Assembly (NCBI GenBank): GCA_023453665.1
Contig: JAEXTA010000089.1
Coordinates: 64,846-128,845, forward strand
Direction of reading: 5' to 3'
Length of the DNA stretch: 64,000 nt
DNA from: Bacteroidota bacterium
GTDB taxonomy: Bacteria > Bacteroidota > Ignavibacteria > Ignavibacteriales > Ignavibacteriaceae
This document shows, one piece after another, positions 9,011 to 17,554 of the stretch. A program made the translations under genes and the position numbers. A model generated the notes under the pieces. It searched no databases. It saw only the letters and a list, made by a program, of their open reading frames with translations, and was not told the origin of the DNA. Every line of letters starts with the position of its first letter. Position 1 is the first letter of the stretch.

Positions 9011-10564
9011 ATGAACACAAAAGAAAAATTTACGGAAGAAATAAAATCGGCGTACACTTTCAACAGTGAATATATAACACTTGGAGGGGCTATCTTTGAA
9101 GGTGATTGTGTAAACAATCTTCATATCAATATTCCGCTTAAAACATTAAACAGGCATGGATTAATTGCCGGCGCAACCGGAACAGGAAAAACCAAAACAT
9201 TACAGGTGATCACCGAGCAGTTGTCTTCCAAAAGTATTCCTGTTTTAGTTATGGATATTAAAGGAGACTTCAGCGGTATTGCAATGCCCGGAACAACAAA
9301 TCCCAAAATAGAAGAACGTCATAATAAAATCGGACTGACGTATACACCTTCAGGTTTTCCAGTTGAATTACTAACTCTTTCGGAAGAGAAAGGTGTTCGT
9401 CTGCGCGCAACAGTTTCTGAATTCGGGCCTGTATTGCTTTCAAAAATACTTGAACTGAATGATACCCAATCAAGTTTCGTTTCTCTCATTTTCAAATATT
9501 GTGATGATGTTCAGCTTCCAGTACTTGATTTAAAGGATTTCAAACGTGTGCTTCAATACATTTCAAATGAAGGAAAAGCAGAGATAGAAAAAGAGTACGG
9601 TAAAATATCAACAACTTCAGTTGGAACTATACTGCGTAAAGTGATTGAACTTGAACAACAAGGTGCCGAAAAATTTTTCGGTGAAAAATCTTTTGAAGTA
9701 GATGACCTGGTAAGAATAGATGAAAACGGTCGGGGGGTAATATCAATAATCCGGCTTGCGGATATTCAGGACAAGCCGAAATTATTTTCGACTTTTATGC
9801 TTTCACTGCTCGCAGAAATTTATTCATCTTTTCCTGAAGAAGGTGATGTGAGCCAGCCTAAGCTTACAATCTTTATTGACGAAGCGCATTTAATATTTAA
9901 GGAAGCCTCCAAAGCATTACTCGAACAAATTGAAACAATAATAAAATTAATAAGATCAAAAGGTGTTGGTATTTTCTTTTGCACACAAAATCCAACTGAT
10001 GTGCCTTCAAGTGTTCTTAGTCAATTGGGATTAAAAGTTCAACATGCACTGAGAGCATTTACAGCTAAAGACAGACAGATGATAAAACTGACGGCAGAAA
10101 ATTACCCGATATCAGAATATTATAAAACTGATGAAATGTTAACATCTCTTGGAATTGGTGAAGCAGCAATCACCGCATTGAATGAAAAAGGAATTCCAAC
10201 ACCACTAACCGCAGTACTGTTAAGAGCTCCCCAATCAAGAATGGATATACTTGCAGATAATGAGATAGATGAACTTGTGCGCAGCTCAAAATTAATCCCG
10301 AAGTACAACGAAGAGTTTGACAGAGAAAGCGCTTACGAAATGCTGAACAAAAAACTGGAGGTTTCGAAAACCCCAAAGACCGAACCTTTACCAAAGTACC
10401 AGCCTCCAACTCAGCCAAGGCAAACAACAAGACAGGAAAAAAGTACATTCGAAAAAGTGTTAACTAACCCGACAACGAAACAAATAGGCAATACAATTGT
10501 CAAAGAACTTGCCCGCGGCTTACTTGGTGTACTTGGTTTAGGCGGAACAACCAGACGAAGATAA
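9011..10564 (+). CDS. HerA-like / DUF853 (YjgR-type) P-loop NTPase
   Basis: Walker A (GATGTGKTKT), Walker B (LTIFIDEAHLIF), FFCTQNP motif and a basic C-terminal tail, in the layout of DUF853 family proteins. Confidence 0.8.
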   Translation: MNTKEKFTEEIKSAYTFNSEYITLGGAIFEGDCVNNLHINIPLKTLNRHGLIAGATGTGKTKTLQVITEQLSSKSIPVLVMDIKGDFSGIAMPGTTNPKIEERHNKIGLTYTPSGFPVELLTLSEEKGVRLRATVSEFGPVLLSKILELNDTQSSFVSLIFKYCDDVQLPVLDLKDFKRVLQYISNEGKAEIEKEYGKISTTSVGTILRKVIELEQQGAEKFFGEKSFEVDDLVRIDENGRGVISIIRLADIQDKPKLFSTFMLSLLAEIYSSFPEEGDVSQPKLTIFIDEAHLIFKEASKALLEQIETIIKLIRSKGVGIFFCTQNPTDVPSSVLSQLGLKVQHALRAFTAKDRQMIKLTAENYPISEYYKTDEMLTSLGIGEAAITALNEKGIPTPLTAVLLRAPQSRMDILADNEIDELVRSSKLIPKYNEEFDRESAYEMLNKKLEVSKTPKTEPLPKYQPPTQPRQTTRQEKSTFEKVLTNPTTKQIGNTIVKELARGLLGVLGLGGTTRRR

Positions 10565-10670
10565 TTTTTTTTCAGCACGGCGCTCAGAATCCTGTTTGTG
10601 TTTCACTCATCTGACTTTGTGCTATACACAATTACATTCGAAATCAAATAATTATAACAAAGGAGGCACT

Positions 10671-11072
10671 ATGGGTATTTTAGATAATCTTCAATCATCT
10701 TCCGGCGAACAAAACGGAAACCAGAATGATTTATTAAATACTGTTATGAACTTAATCGGTGGACAGGGCGGTGGCTTAAACGGATTGATCAGTCAGTTTA
10801 CTTCCAACGGACTTGGCGATATAATTGGCTCGTGGGTTGGTACAGGAAAAAATCTTCCTATTTCCGGTGACCAGCTTCAGAATATTTTAGGTAATGATAC
10901 TGTTAAAAATCTTGCTTCAAAACTTGGAATGGATTCAGGAGCTTTGACTTCACAGCTTTCTAACTTATTGCCGAATGTTGTTGACAAACTGACGCCGGAA
11001 GGTAAAGTGCCGGAAGGTGATATACTCAGCCAGGGAATGAATCTTCTTGGCGGATTGTTCGGGGAGAAATAA
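10671..11072 (+). CDS. YidB family protein (DUF937)
   Basis: ATG at 10671 preceded by AGGAGG; the track start at 10596 is an unlikely extension. DUF937-like sequence (GLGDIIGSWVGTGKNLPISGDQLQNILG...LSNLLPNVVDKLTPEG). Confidence 0.8.
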   Translation: MGILDNLQSSSGEQNGNQNDLLNTVMNLIGGQGGGLNGLISQFTSNGLGDIIGSWVGTGKNLPISGDQLQNILGNDTVKNLASKLGMDSGALTSQLSNLLPNVVDKLTPEGKVPEGDILSQGMNLLGGLFGEK

Positions 11073-11093
11073 ACTCTATTGCAATCATAATTT

Positions 11094-11124
11094 AAAGCCG
11101 TGTCATTCAGCACGGCTTTTTTTA
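11094..11124 (+). terminator. Rho-independent terminator
   Basis: 9-bp stem AAAGCCGTG / CACGGCTTT with an 8-nt loop, followed by a T7 run, directly after the YidB-family gene. Confidence 0.7.
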
Positions 11125-12528
11125 TTCATCAGTCAAAAGATGATCAAACATTTTCGCTTCAATCTGAAAACACCAGAAACCTTTTTCATTTTTTAGATTT
11201 TTATGTTCAGACGAAAACCCGGTTGAATAACCCGCTTCAATATTATTTGTAAAAAAATTATAGACTGTTATTTCGTTTTCTTTTGGAATGATTCCGTACT
11301 TCTCCCCCTTGTATTCTCTGCCGGGGAAAAGCTCTTTAAAGAGTATACTTTGATAATCAGTCGGCTCTCCTGCTTTTATAAACAATGGCTCGTTAAGGTT
11401 AAAAAAATAGTAATTGCCTTCCTGGTAATATTTTCTCTCGTCAGATTTTTCACTCAGGATTATAATTGGATTAACATAACCCTGATAAAAATTTTTCCAT
11501 TCCGATTCTGAAGGAAGAACATCAGTATCGATTTCCATTTCACTTATTGAACTTTCGTTTGAAGAATATTTCCGGTAGAGTTCAAAATATTTTTCGACAC
11601 CAAGCCGCTCAAGCAAAAAAGAACTATACAATCCGCTGACCGGGTAAGTAATTGATGCGTCATTCATTTTAAAATCAGAATTCTTTAGTATCTCTTTATA
11701 ACTGACAAAGCCGGATGTTTCAAGAAATGATGCAATGTGAAGCAATGATGATGGAGAAAATCCGCCGCGACCACCTAACGCAACAGCGATACCTTCCTGC
11801 AAGAATGAATGAGTATATAGTAGAAGTTTTTTCAATTTATAATTTACGAGAAGATGAACAAGTTCATGATAATGCGAATTGTAAGTTGTGATTATCATAT
11901 CTCCCGCAAGGTTATACATTCCGCGAGCTTTATAACCGGTGAGCTTTTCAACTTCATCTTCGCCGTCACATAACACATAATATATTTTTTCTTTTTCGAG
12001 TAATGCAAAATCCTTTTCTGTAAACCGAAATAATTTCCCGGTTTCTTCAACAAACTCATCCAACTTTTTAATTGCATATTCATTTGTAAGAGATTTATCC
12101 TGTAATAAAAACTTAAAGTACTTACTGTCGCGAACAGTCCAGTCATTTGTAAAAACTAAAACAGGGTGCGTGAATTTTGAATTGGTGAAATAATACTGAG
12201 TCGAGTAACCTTTTGATGGAGCCGACAGCTTAAGTTTATCAACTGAATCAGAAATCTTTTCAATCGAAAATGAAAATTGAGATATATCAACTAAAAATAA
12301 TTTTTTAATCTCTGCCGGAAGTTCATAAGAAATCATTGATTTGTTCCGGACATTATCATATTCAATACCGAGTCTGTTAGTTATCTTCAGCGTTTGAGTA
12401 TCAATCATTGAATATAGATTACTGTCTGAACAAAGCTGAAGAATAAATTTCTTAGCGGATTCTTCTGTGAGAGATTGTGGATATAAACCGGACACCAAAG
12501 CAAAGGCGAACAATAAACGTATTAACAT
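11122..12528 (-). CDS. Exported protein with a gluzincin-type (peptidase MA-like) motif
   Basis: Start moved to the ATG at 12528, which gives the signal peptide MLIRLLFAFALVSGLYPQ. HELVH followed 19 residues after its second His by E in QEGIAVAL (HExxH...E), as in Peptidase_MA_2-type domains. Confidence 0.6.
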   Translation of the reverse strand: MLIRLLFAFALVSGLYPQSLTEESAKKFILQLCSDSNLYSMIDTQTLKITNRLGIEYDNVRNKSMISYELPAEIKKLFLVDISQFSFSIEKISDSVDKLKLSAPSKGYSTQYYFTNSKFTHPVLVFTNDWTVRDSKYFKFLLQDKSLTNEYAIKKLDEFVEETGKLFRFTEKDFALLEKEKIYYVLCDGEDEVEKLTGYKARGMYNLAGDMIITTYNSHYHELVHLLVNYKLKKLLLYTHSFLQEGIAVALGGRGGFSPSSLLHIASFLETSGFVSYKEILKNSDFKMNDASITYPVSGLYSSFLLERLGVEKYFELYRKYSSNESSISEMEIDTDVLPSESEWKNFYQGYVNPIIILSEKSDERKYYQEGNYYFFNLNEPLFIKAGEPTDYQSILFKELFPGREYKGEKYGIIPKENEITVYNFFTNNIEAGYSTGFSSEHKNLKNEKGFWCFQIEAKMFDHLLTDE

Positions 12529-12780
12529 ATCCCTCGAGTAAATTGTGAATCGACAAAACAAAATTTGTTTAACGGCACAACTAAATAAATGGGAATATTT
12601 GTACACTGAGTAAAGTGGGAAAAGTTTTCAATAAGCCCAAATTTCTTAAAGCCAATTACAATTAAATTTTTTTATTTTTGTAACAGAATTGATTACAACT
12701 GTTTATTACTCAGCATAAAGATCTTAATCGTATATGGAAAAATTGATGATTGATCTTAACGATACGGGTACAAGTCTAAA

Positions 12781-15504
12781 TTGACAGAATATCCTAAAGA
12801 AATAAAATTCAAATACAGTTGGAGAAAATACCAACAACGTGTGCTTGATGAATTACAGAGCCATTTATCAGATGGAAATTTACACGTAATTGCGCCTCCA
12901 GGTTCTGGCAAGACAGTTTTAGGTCTCGAGGTTGCTATTAGGTTGAACAAGCCGACTTTAATTCTTGCGCCTACACTTGCAATTCGAAATCAATGGATAC
13001 AACGCTTTTGTGATCTTTTTCTTCAAACTAATTCAATACCAAATTGGATTTCAAGAGATATAAGAAACCCCAAATTTATTACGGTCGTAACTTATCAAGG
13101 ACTTCGTACCGCTTGTAATAACCTGAAAATTCAGGAACATGAAATTGATGAAGAAGAAGAAATAGAAGAAAATGAAAACGGCACATCAACAAATCCAAAT
13201 CTTGAAAAAATTGCATCTGGTTTAAAATTACAAGGCATTAAAACTTTTGTATTGGATGAAGCACATCATTTAAAAAATGAATGGTGGCATACACTGATTA
13301 AGATTAAGGAAAATCTTAACCCGATTATCGTTAGTTTAACCGCAACTCCACCATATGATGTGACTGCAACAGAATGGCAGCGCTATATCGAATTAAATGG
13401 ACCCGTAGATACAGAAATTTCAGTTCCTGAATTAGTCATAGAAGGCGATTTATGTCCGCATCAGGACTACGTGTATTTTTCATTACCTACAGATAAAGAA
13501 AATGGAGAGATAATTGAGTTTCGAAAAAATATTAAAAAACTTTTTCAGGAGATCAAGAATGATGAAACAATAATTAAAGCATTTGAAAACCATCCGGCCT
13601 GGATTAATCCAACCGAACAACTGGATTGGATTTATGATAATCTTACCTGCTATTCATCGTGTTTAATTTTTCTTAACGCCAATAAAAAAGAAATCCCCGG
13701 GATACATCTTGAAGTTATTGGAGATAAAAAACTTATTATTCCGGCACTCGACTATAGTTGGATGGAAACAGTTTTGGATTTTTATCTTTACGGGGACAGG
13801 CAAAATTTTAAACAATTTGAAGAACACAAAAAATATCTTGAAAACAAACTAAGGCGATATGGTGCAATTGAAAAACGGCAAATAAGTTTTTTCCAAAACA
13901 AGCGGGTTACGAGTTTTCTAACTTCAAGTATCAATAAACTAAATGGAATTAAAGAGATTGTTGATTTTGAATTCAACCAGTTAGGTAAAAATCTGCGAAT
14001 GGTTATTCTTTCTGATTTTATCCGCAAAGAGTTTTACACTAATTCCACGGCAAACACTATTGAATTAAATAAAATTGGAATAATTCCAATATTTGAAAAA
14101 CTAAGAAGAGAAAATTCAAATAATAAAAAAATAGGTGTATTAACAGGTTCAATTATAATTATACCTAAATCAGCTTATACCGCTTTTAAATTAGAAGTTG
14201 CGAAGTTTGGAATATCTTCGATTAACTCTACACCTGTTCCATTTGATAATAGATACGTGGAAATTCTTCAACCAGATGAAATTAAAAATAGTATAATCCA
14301 AATAGTCACTCAGATTTTTGAGCAGGGAGAAATTGAAGTTTTAATTGGAACAAAATCTTTGCTGGGTGAAGGTTGGGATGCTCCAACAATTAATTCTTTA
14401 ATATTGGCAAGTTTTGTTGGTTCTTTCGTCCTCTCAAATCAAATGCGCGGAAGGGCTATCAGAACACAGCTTGAAAATTCAGAGAAAACAAGTAACATTT
14501 GGCATTTAGTCACCATTGATCCAACCTCGCCAACTGGTGGTGATGATTTCGATTTAATAAAAAGACGTTTCAGAGGTTTTGTTGGTGTTTCATTTAAAGA
14601 AGAATCGGGAATTGAAAACGGTATCGGACGCCTAAATTTACCCGAAAATATTTTTAATAAAGAAGAAGCCGAAAAAAAGAATTTTGAAATGTTTAACTAT
14701 GCTGGAAACAGAGAAAGCTTAAGAAAAAGATGGAATACCGCTCTTGAGAAAGGAGTGATGCTTACAGAAGAAATAAAAATACCATTTGCTGAAAAAAAAG
14801 AATACAAAGCGGTGAAGTCATTGTATTTGAACAAAACAATTGCAAACCTAATGGCAACTTTAGGCTCAGGCTTGATTGGTTTTGGTTTGGAAAGTTTGCA
14901 GGGTCTTTTGAGAGCAACGAAAAACATAAAATCACCACAAGATTTGTATTCTTACCTGGCAGTTATTGGCAGTATCGGTGTGGCCTTATTTGGAATCCAA
15001 ACTTACAAAACACTTAAGTTATATTTTAAGTATAGAGATATCTCAAAGGACATCCAGAAAATAGGAGTCGCCTTATTAAATTCTTTAATTAAAGCAAAAA
15101 TTATTCGTACTGAATATTCTAAATTAAAAGTTGAAACTTCTATCGACGATAGGGGGTCTGTATTCTGTCATTTAGATGGCGGGACAACTTTTGATAAATC
15201 AACCTTTATAAATTCCCTTCAAGAAATCATCGCTCCTATTGATAATCCTAGGTACGTAATCATAAGAAAAAATAAGTTTATGCTTTTCGTTAATCAAATA
15301 GATTATCATTCAGTTCCCGAGATTATCGGAAAGAACAAAACCTTTGCAGAGTATTTTAAAAACCAATGGGAACGCTTTGTTGGAAGTTGTGAATTAGTAT
15401 TTACGCGTACAATTGCTGGAAGAAAACTACTTCTAAAATCAAGAGTTAATTCGGTGGCTTCTCAATTCGGTGATACAGTTGAGCGCGTAAACAAATGGAA
15501 GTAA
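12781..15504 (+). CDS. SF2 DEAD/DEAH-box (ResIII-like) helicase with an extended C-terminal region
   Basis: Motif I (APPGSGKT), II (LDEAHH), III (SLTATP) and V/VI (GEGWDAP...QMRGRAIR). TTG start, with an in-frame stop at 12757 upstream and no early ATG. The C-terminal ~250 aa has two hydrophobic segments. Confidence 0.85.
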   Translation: MTEYPKEIKFKYSWRKYQQRVLDELQSHLSDGNLHVIAPPGSGKTVLGLEVAIRLNKPTLILAPTLAIRNQWIQRFCDLFLQTNSIPNWISRDIRNPKFITVVTYQGLRTACNNLKIQEHEIDEEEEIEENENGTSTNPNLEKIASGLKLQGIKTFVLDEAHHLKNEWWHTLIKIKENLNPIIVSLTATPPYDVTATEWQRYIELNGPVDTEISVPELVIEGDLCPHQDYVYFSLPTDKENGEIIEFRKNIKKLFQEIKNDETIIKAFENHPAWINPTEQLDWIYDNLTCYSSCLIFLNANKKEIPGIHLEVIGDKKLIIPALDYSWMETVLDFYLYGDRQNFKQFEEHKKYLENKLRRYGAIEKRQISFFQNKRVTSFLTSSINKLNGIKEIVDFEFNQLGKNLRMVILSDFIRKEFYTNSTANTIELNKIGIIPIFEKLRRENSNNKKIGVLTGSIIIIPKSAYTAFKLEVAKFGISSINSTPVPFDNRYVEILQPDEIKNSIIQIVTQIFEQGEIEVLIGTKSLLGEGWDAPTINSLILASFVGSFVLSNQMRGRAIRTQLENSEKTSNIWHLVTIDPTSPTGGDDFDLIKRRFRGFVGVSFKEESGIENGIGRLNLPENIFNKEEAEKKNFEMFNYAGNRESLRKRWNTALEKGVMLTEEIKIPFAEKKEYKAVKSLYLNKTIANLMATLGSGLIGFGLESLQGLLRATKNIKSPQDLYSYLAVIGSIGVALFGIQTYKTLKLYFKYRDISKDIQKIGVALLNSLIKAKIIRTEYSKLKVETSIDDRGSVFCHLDGGTTFDKSTFINSLQEIIAPIDNPRYVIIRKNKFMLFVNQIDYHSVPEIIGKNKTFAEYFKNQWERFVGSCELVFTRTIAGRKLLLKSRVNSVASQFGDTVERVNKWK

Positions 15505-15639
15505 AAAGAAACCAGCCTCGTCTACGGTTTAACCAATTCTACAACCGATAAGTATCTTTTCTCACCACTTTAATTCAACCCTTGCCCTTTTATGATTTTT
15601 CTTCTATGTTTGTTATGAACATATGCTCATAATAAAAAA

Positions 15640-16026
15640 ATGGCTAGACCAAAATTAAAACGAACAATCCGGTGCAATCCTTCGGCATATTATTTTAAAC
15701 CGAGAGGAATACCGATTTCTGATCTCGAAGAAATTATTCTTAACGATGATGAAGTGGAAGCAATAAGACTCGCTGATCTGGATGGACTATTTCATGAAGA
15801 TGCGGCAATTAAAATGAAAATATCCCGTGCGACATTCGGGCGTGTGCTGCATTCAGCAAGAAATAAAGTTGCTGACAGCATTATAAACGGTAAAGCGATA
15901 AAAATTTCAGAGTCACTTAAACAAATCAATATTAGACCTCAAAGCCGATGTAATAAATGCGGAAACAGGTTTAGAAAAAGAAATAAAGCGAATGTAAACA
16001 TTTGCTCTAATTGTAATAACAAATAA
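15640..16026 (+). CDS. DUF134 (UPF0251) family DNA-binding protein with a C-terminal Cys4 ribbon
   Basis: Typical DUF134 N-terminus (MARPKLKRTIRCNPSAYYFKPRGIP...EAIRLADLDGL.HEDAA.KM.ISRATFGR.L..AR.KVA). C-terminal CNKCG...CSNC. Confidence 0.8.
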   Translation: MARPKLKRTIRCNPSAYYFKPRGIPISDLEEIILNDDEVEAIRLADLDGLFHEDAAIKMKISRATFGRVLHSARNKVADSIINGKAIKISESLKQINIRPQSRCNKCGNRFRKRNKANVNICSNCNNK

Positions 16027-16039
16027 GGGAGATATAAAA

Positions 16040-16426
16040 ATGAAAATAGCAGTAGCAACAGACGACAATCAAACAGTTACAGGTCACATAGGAAGATGTA
16101 ACGCGTTTATTTTCTACACAATTGAAGATGGAAAAATTGTGAACCGGGAAATAAAGGAGAACAATCATACTCACCATAAAATGCACGGACATGATCATAC
16201 CGGTGAAGAGCATTCACACGGACATAGTCACTCCGGTCTGATTAATTTACTTGATGGATGCAGTGCGCTGATTTTCAGTTACGGCGGATGGCGGCTTATC
16301 GAAGACCTGAAACAGAATAAAATTAATCCTGTAATGACGGACGTTTCACTTGCTGATGAAGCTGCCCTTCTGTATTCAACAGGTAAGCTTGTGAATAAAG
16401 AAGAGAACACCTGCAATCATCACTAA
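16040..16426 (+). CDS. NifB/NifX-family (dinitrogenase FeMo-cofactor-binding fold) protein with a His-rich insert
   Basis: MKIAVATDD...VTGHIGRC..F.I start typical of the NifX/NafY-like fold. The segment HTHHKMHGHDHTGEEHSHGHSHS carries 10 His. RBS AAGGGAG upstream. Lies 13 nt after the DUF134 gene. Confidence 0.75.
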   Translation: MKIAVATDDNQTVTGHIGRCNAFIFYTIEDGKIVNREIKENNHTHHKMHGHDHTGEEHSHGHSHSGLINLLDGCSALIFSYGGWRLIEDLKQNKINPVMTDVSLADEAALLYSTGKLVNKEENTCNHH

Positions 16427-16537
16427 AAACAATTGACAGCAGTAAACAAATTAGTCACTTTGCACTATTGAATTAGCAAATTGATTTATGAATATTTTCA
16501 TAAGACAAATTAAAAATTATTATTTGAAGGTAAGATT

Positions 16538-17362
16538 ATGAAAAAGTTATTCTTTCTTATGATCGCATCAGTAGTGCTTTTCGGTTTCACCGCAGGCAGA
16601 ATGATTGATGACAAAACTCAATCATTGTTAAAACAATTTCAGCTTAGTGAAGATAATGCGATGAACCAGGTTTTCTCAAACATATCCGGACCATCATTTT
16701 ATATTCCGAACGTTAAAGTTTTAAAAGCAATGGCAACCGGCGAGCGCGTTGAGATGGTAAAAACCATCGGGCACTATGTAAAAGAATTTACTGCTTCTAA
16801 GGAATTTGTTAAGCGATATAATGAATACCGTGAAAATAAAAAGCCCACTGAGCCTCAAAAACCGGAATCTGGAGCTGAACTGCAGAAGAAAGCCATTGCT
16901 AATATGAAAAAAAGTATTTCAGAGATGGAAACGCAAATGAAACAAATGCCTGCCGATCAACAGGCGATGTTTGGGGACGTAATAAAGCAGAATAAACAGA
17001 TGCTTGCTGAATATGAAAAACCGGATAACCCGATGTTCGGAAAAAATTATGACGATTCCATGAATCAATCTTATCAGTATCAGATGACTGATTACAACAA
17101 CAAAATGACAGAATGGAAAACAAAATACCCGGAAGGAAAACCATCATTCCTGGTAAAAGAATGGCTAACGCTTTATCTTGAAAAATCAAAAGACATTGAC
17201 TTCACAGCAAAGACTGCTGCAAATAATTACGGCAAACAGGTGTTTGCAAAAGCTGAGTATGAAAGAAAAGATTATTTATGGAAGATGTTGTTCCGTGCCG
17301 GTAAGGAAAGCGTTGATGCAAGCAGATCATTCGCACAATCATGGCTTAACGAACTTAAATAA
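16538..17362 (+). CDS. Exported hypothetical protein (Lys/Glu/Met-rich)
   Basis: Signal peptide MKKLFFLMIASVVLFGFTAG. No recognisable domain. Followed by a strong terminator. Confidence 0.6.
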   Translation: MKKLFFLMIASVVLFGFTAGRMIDDKTQSLLKQFQLSEDNAMNQVFSNISGPSFYIPNVKVLKAMATGERVEMVKTIGHYVKEFTASKEFVKRYNEYRENKKPTEPQKPESGAELQKKAIANMKKSISEMETQMKQMPADQQAMFGDVIKQNKQMLAEYEKPDNPMFGKNYDDSMNQSYQYQMTDYNNKMTEWKTKYPEGKPSFLVKEWLTLYLEKSKDIDFTAKTAANNYGKQVFAKAEYERKDYLWKMLFRAGKESVDASRSFAQSWLNELK

Positions 17363-17382
17363 TATTACTTGCTTAAAATTAT

Positions 17383-17417
17383 AGTCACACCTATTGCAAA
17401 ACGGTGTGACTTTTTTA
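17383..17417 (+). terminator. Rho-independent terminator
   Basis: Stem GTCACACC / GGTGTGAC with an 11-nt loop, followed by T6. Confidence 0.75.
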
Positions 17418-17554
17418 TTTCTATCCAATAAAAAATTCCTGTTTTTATTTTTTGATTTTAATCTTAAATTAAAACCAGGAACCTAACTCAAATTACTGCC
17501 TTAATAACCTGCCGGGGATTAATAATCAGCTAACAAAAAATTTTTGAGGTGAAC

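Noticed and set aside
8867-9124. 85-aa minus-strand ORF across the kynU / DUF853-ATPase junction.
   Set aside because: It overlaps the ends of two well-supported plus-strand genes, is AT-rich and low complexity, and has no recognisable motif.
9011-10564. HerA-like ATPase as a defence module (HerA paired with Sir2, DUF4297 or a nuclease).
   Set aside because: The sequence fits the stand-alone DUF853/YjgR type. The flanking genes (kynU, YidB-like) are not effector-type partners.
10596-10670. N-terminal extensions proposed by the ORF track: 10596, 12529..12606, 17549, 35025, 43373..43402, 49834..49893, 51542..51625, 53287..53337 and 55249..55257.
   Set aside because: In each case an internal ATG gives a canonical N-terminus (signal peptide or receiver MK.LI.DD), and where I checked (10671, 17555, 35037, 49833, 55248) a Shine-Dalgarno-like sequence precedes it. 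The extensions add implausible residues.
12781-15504. Helicase as part of a known anti-phage system (Hachiman, DISARM, Druantia, type I/III restriction).
   Set aside because: No partner genes (HamA-like, methylase, nuclease, DUF1998 and similar) are adjacent. The neighbours are an exported metalloprotease-like gene and a DUF134/NifX pair. A defence role cannot be supported from this window.
17178-17384. 68-aa plus-strand ORF overlapping the 3' end of 16538..17362 in another frame.
   Set aside because: It lies almost entirely within a longer, better-supported ORF that ends at a strong terminator, and nothing supports it independently.
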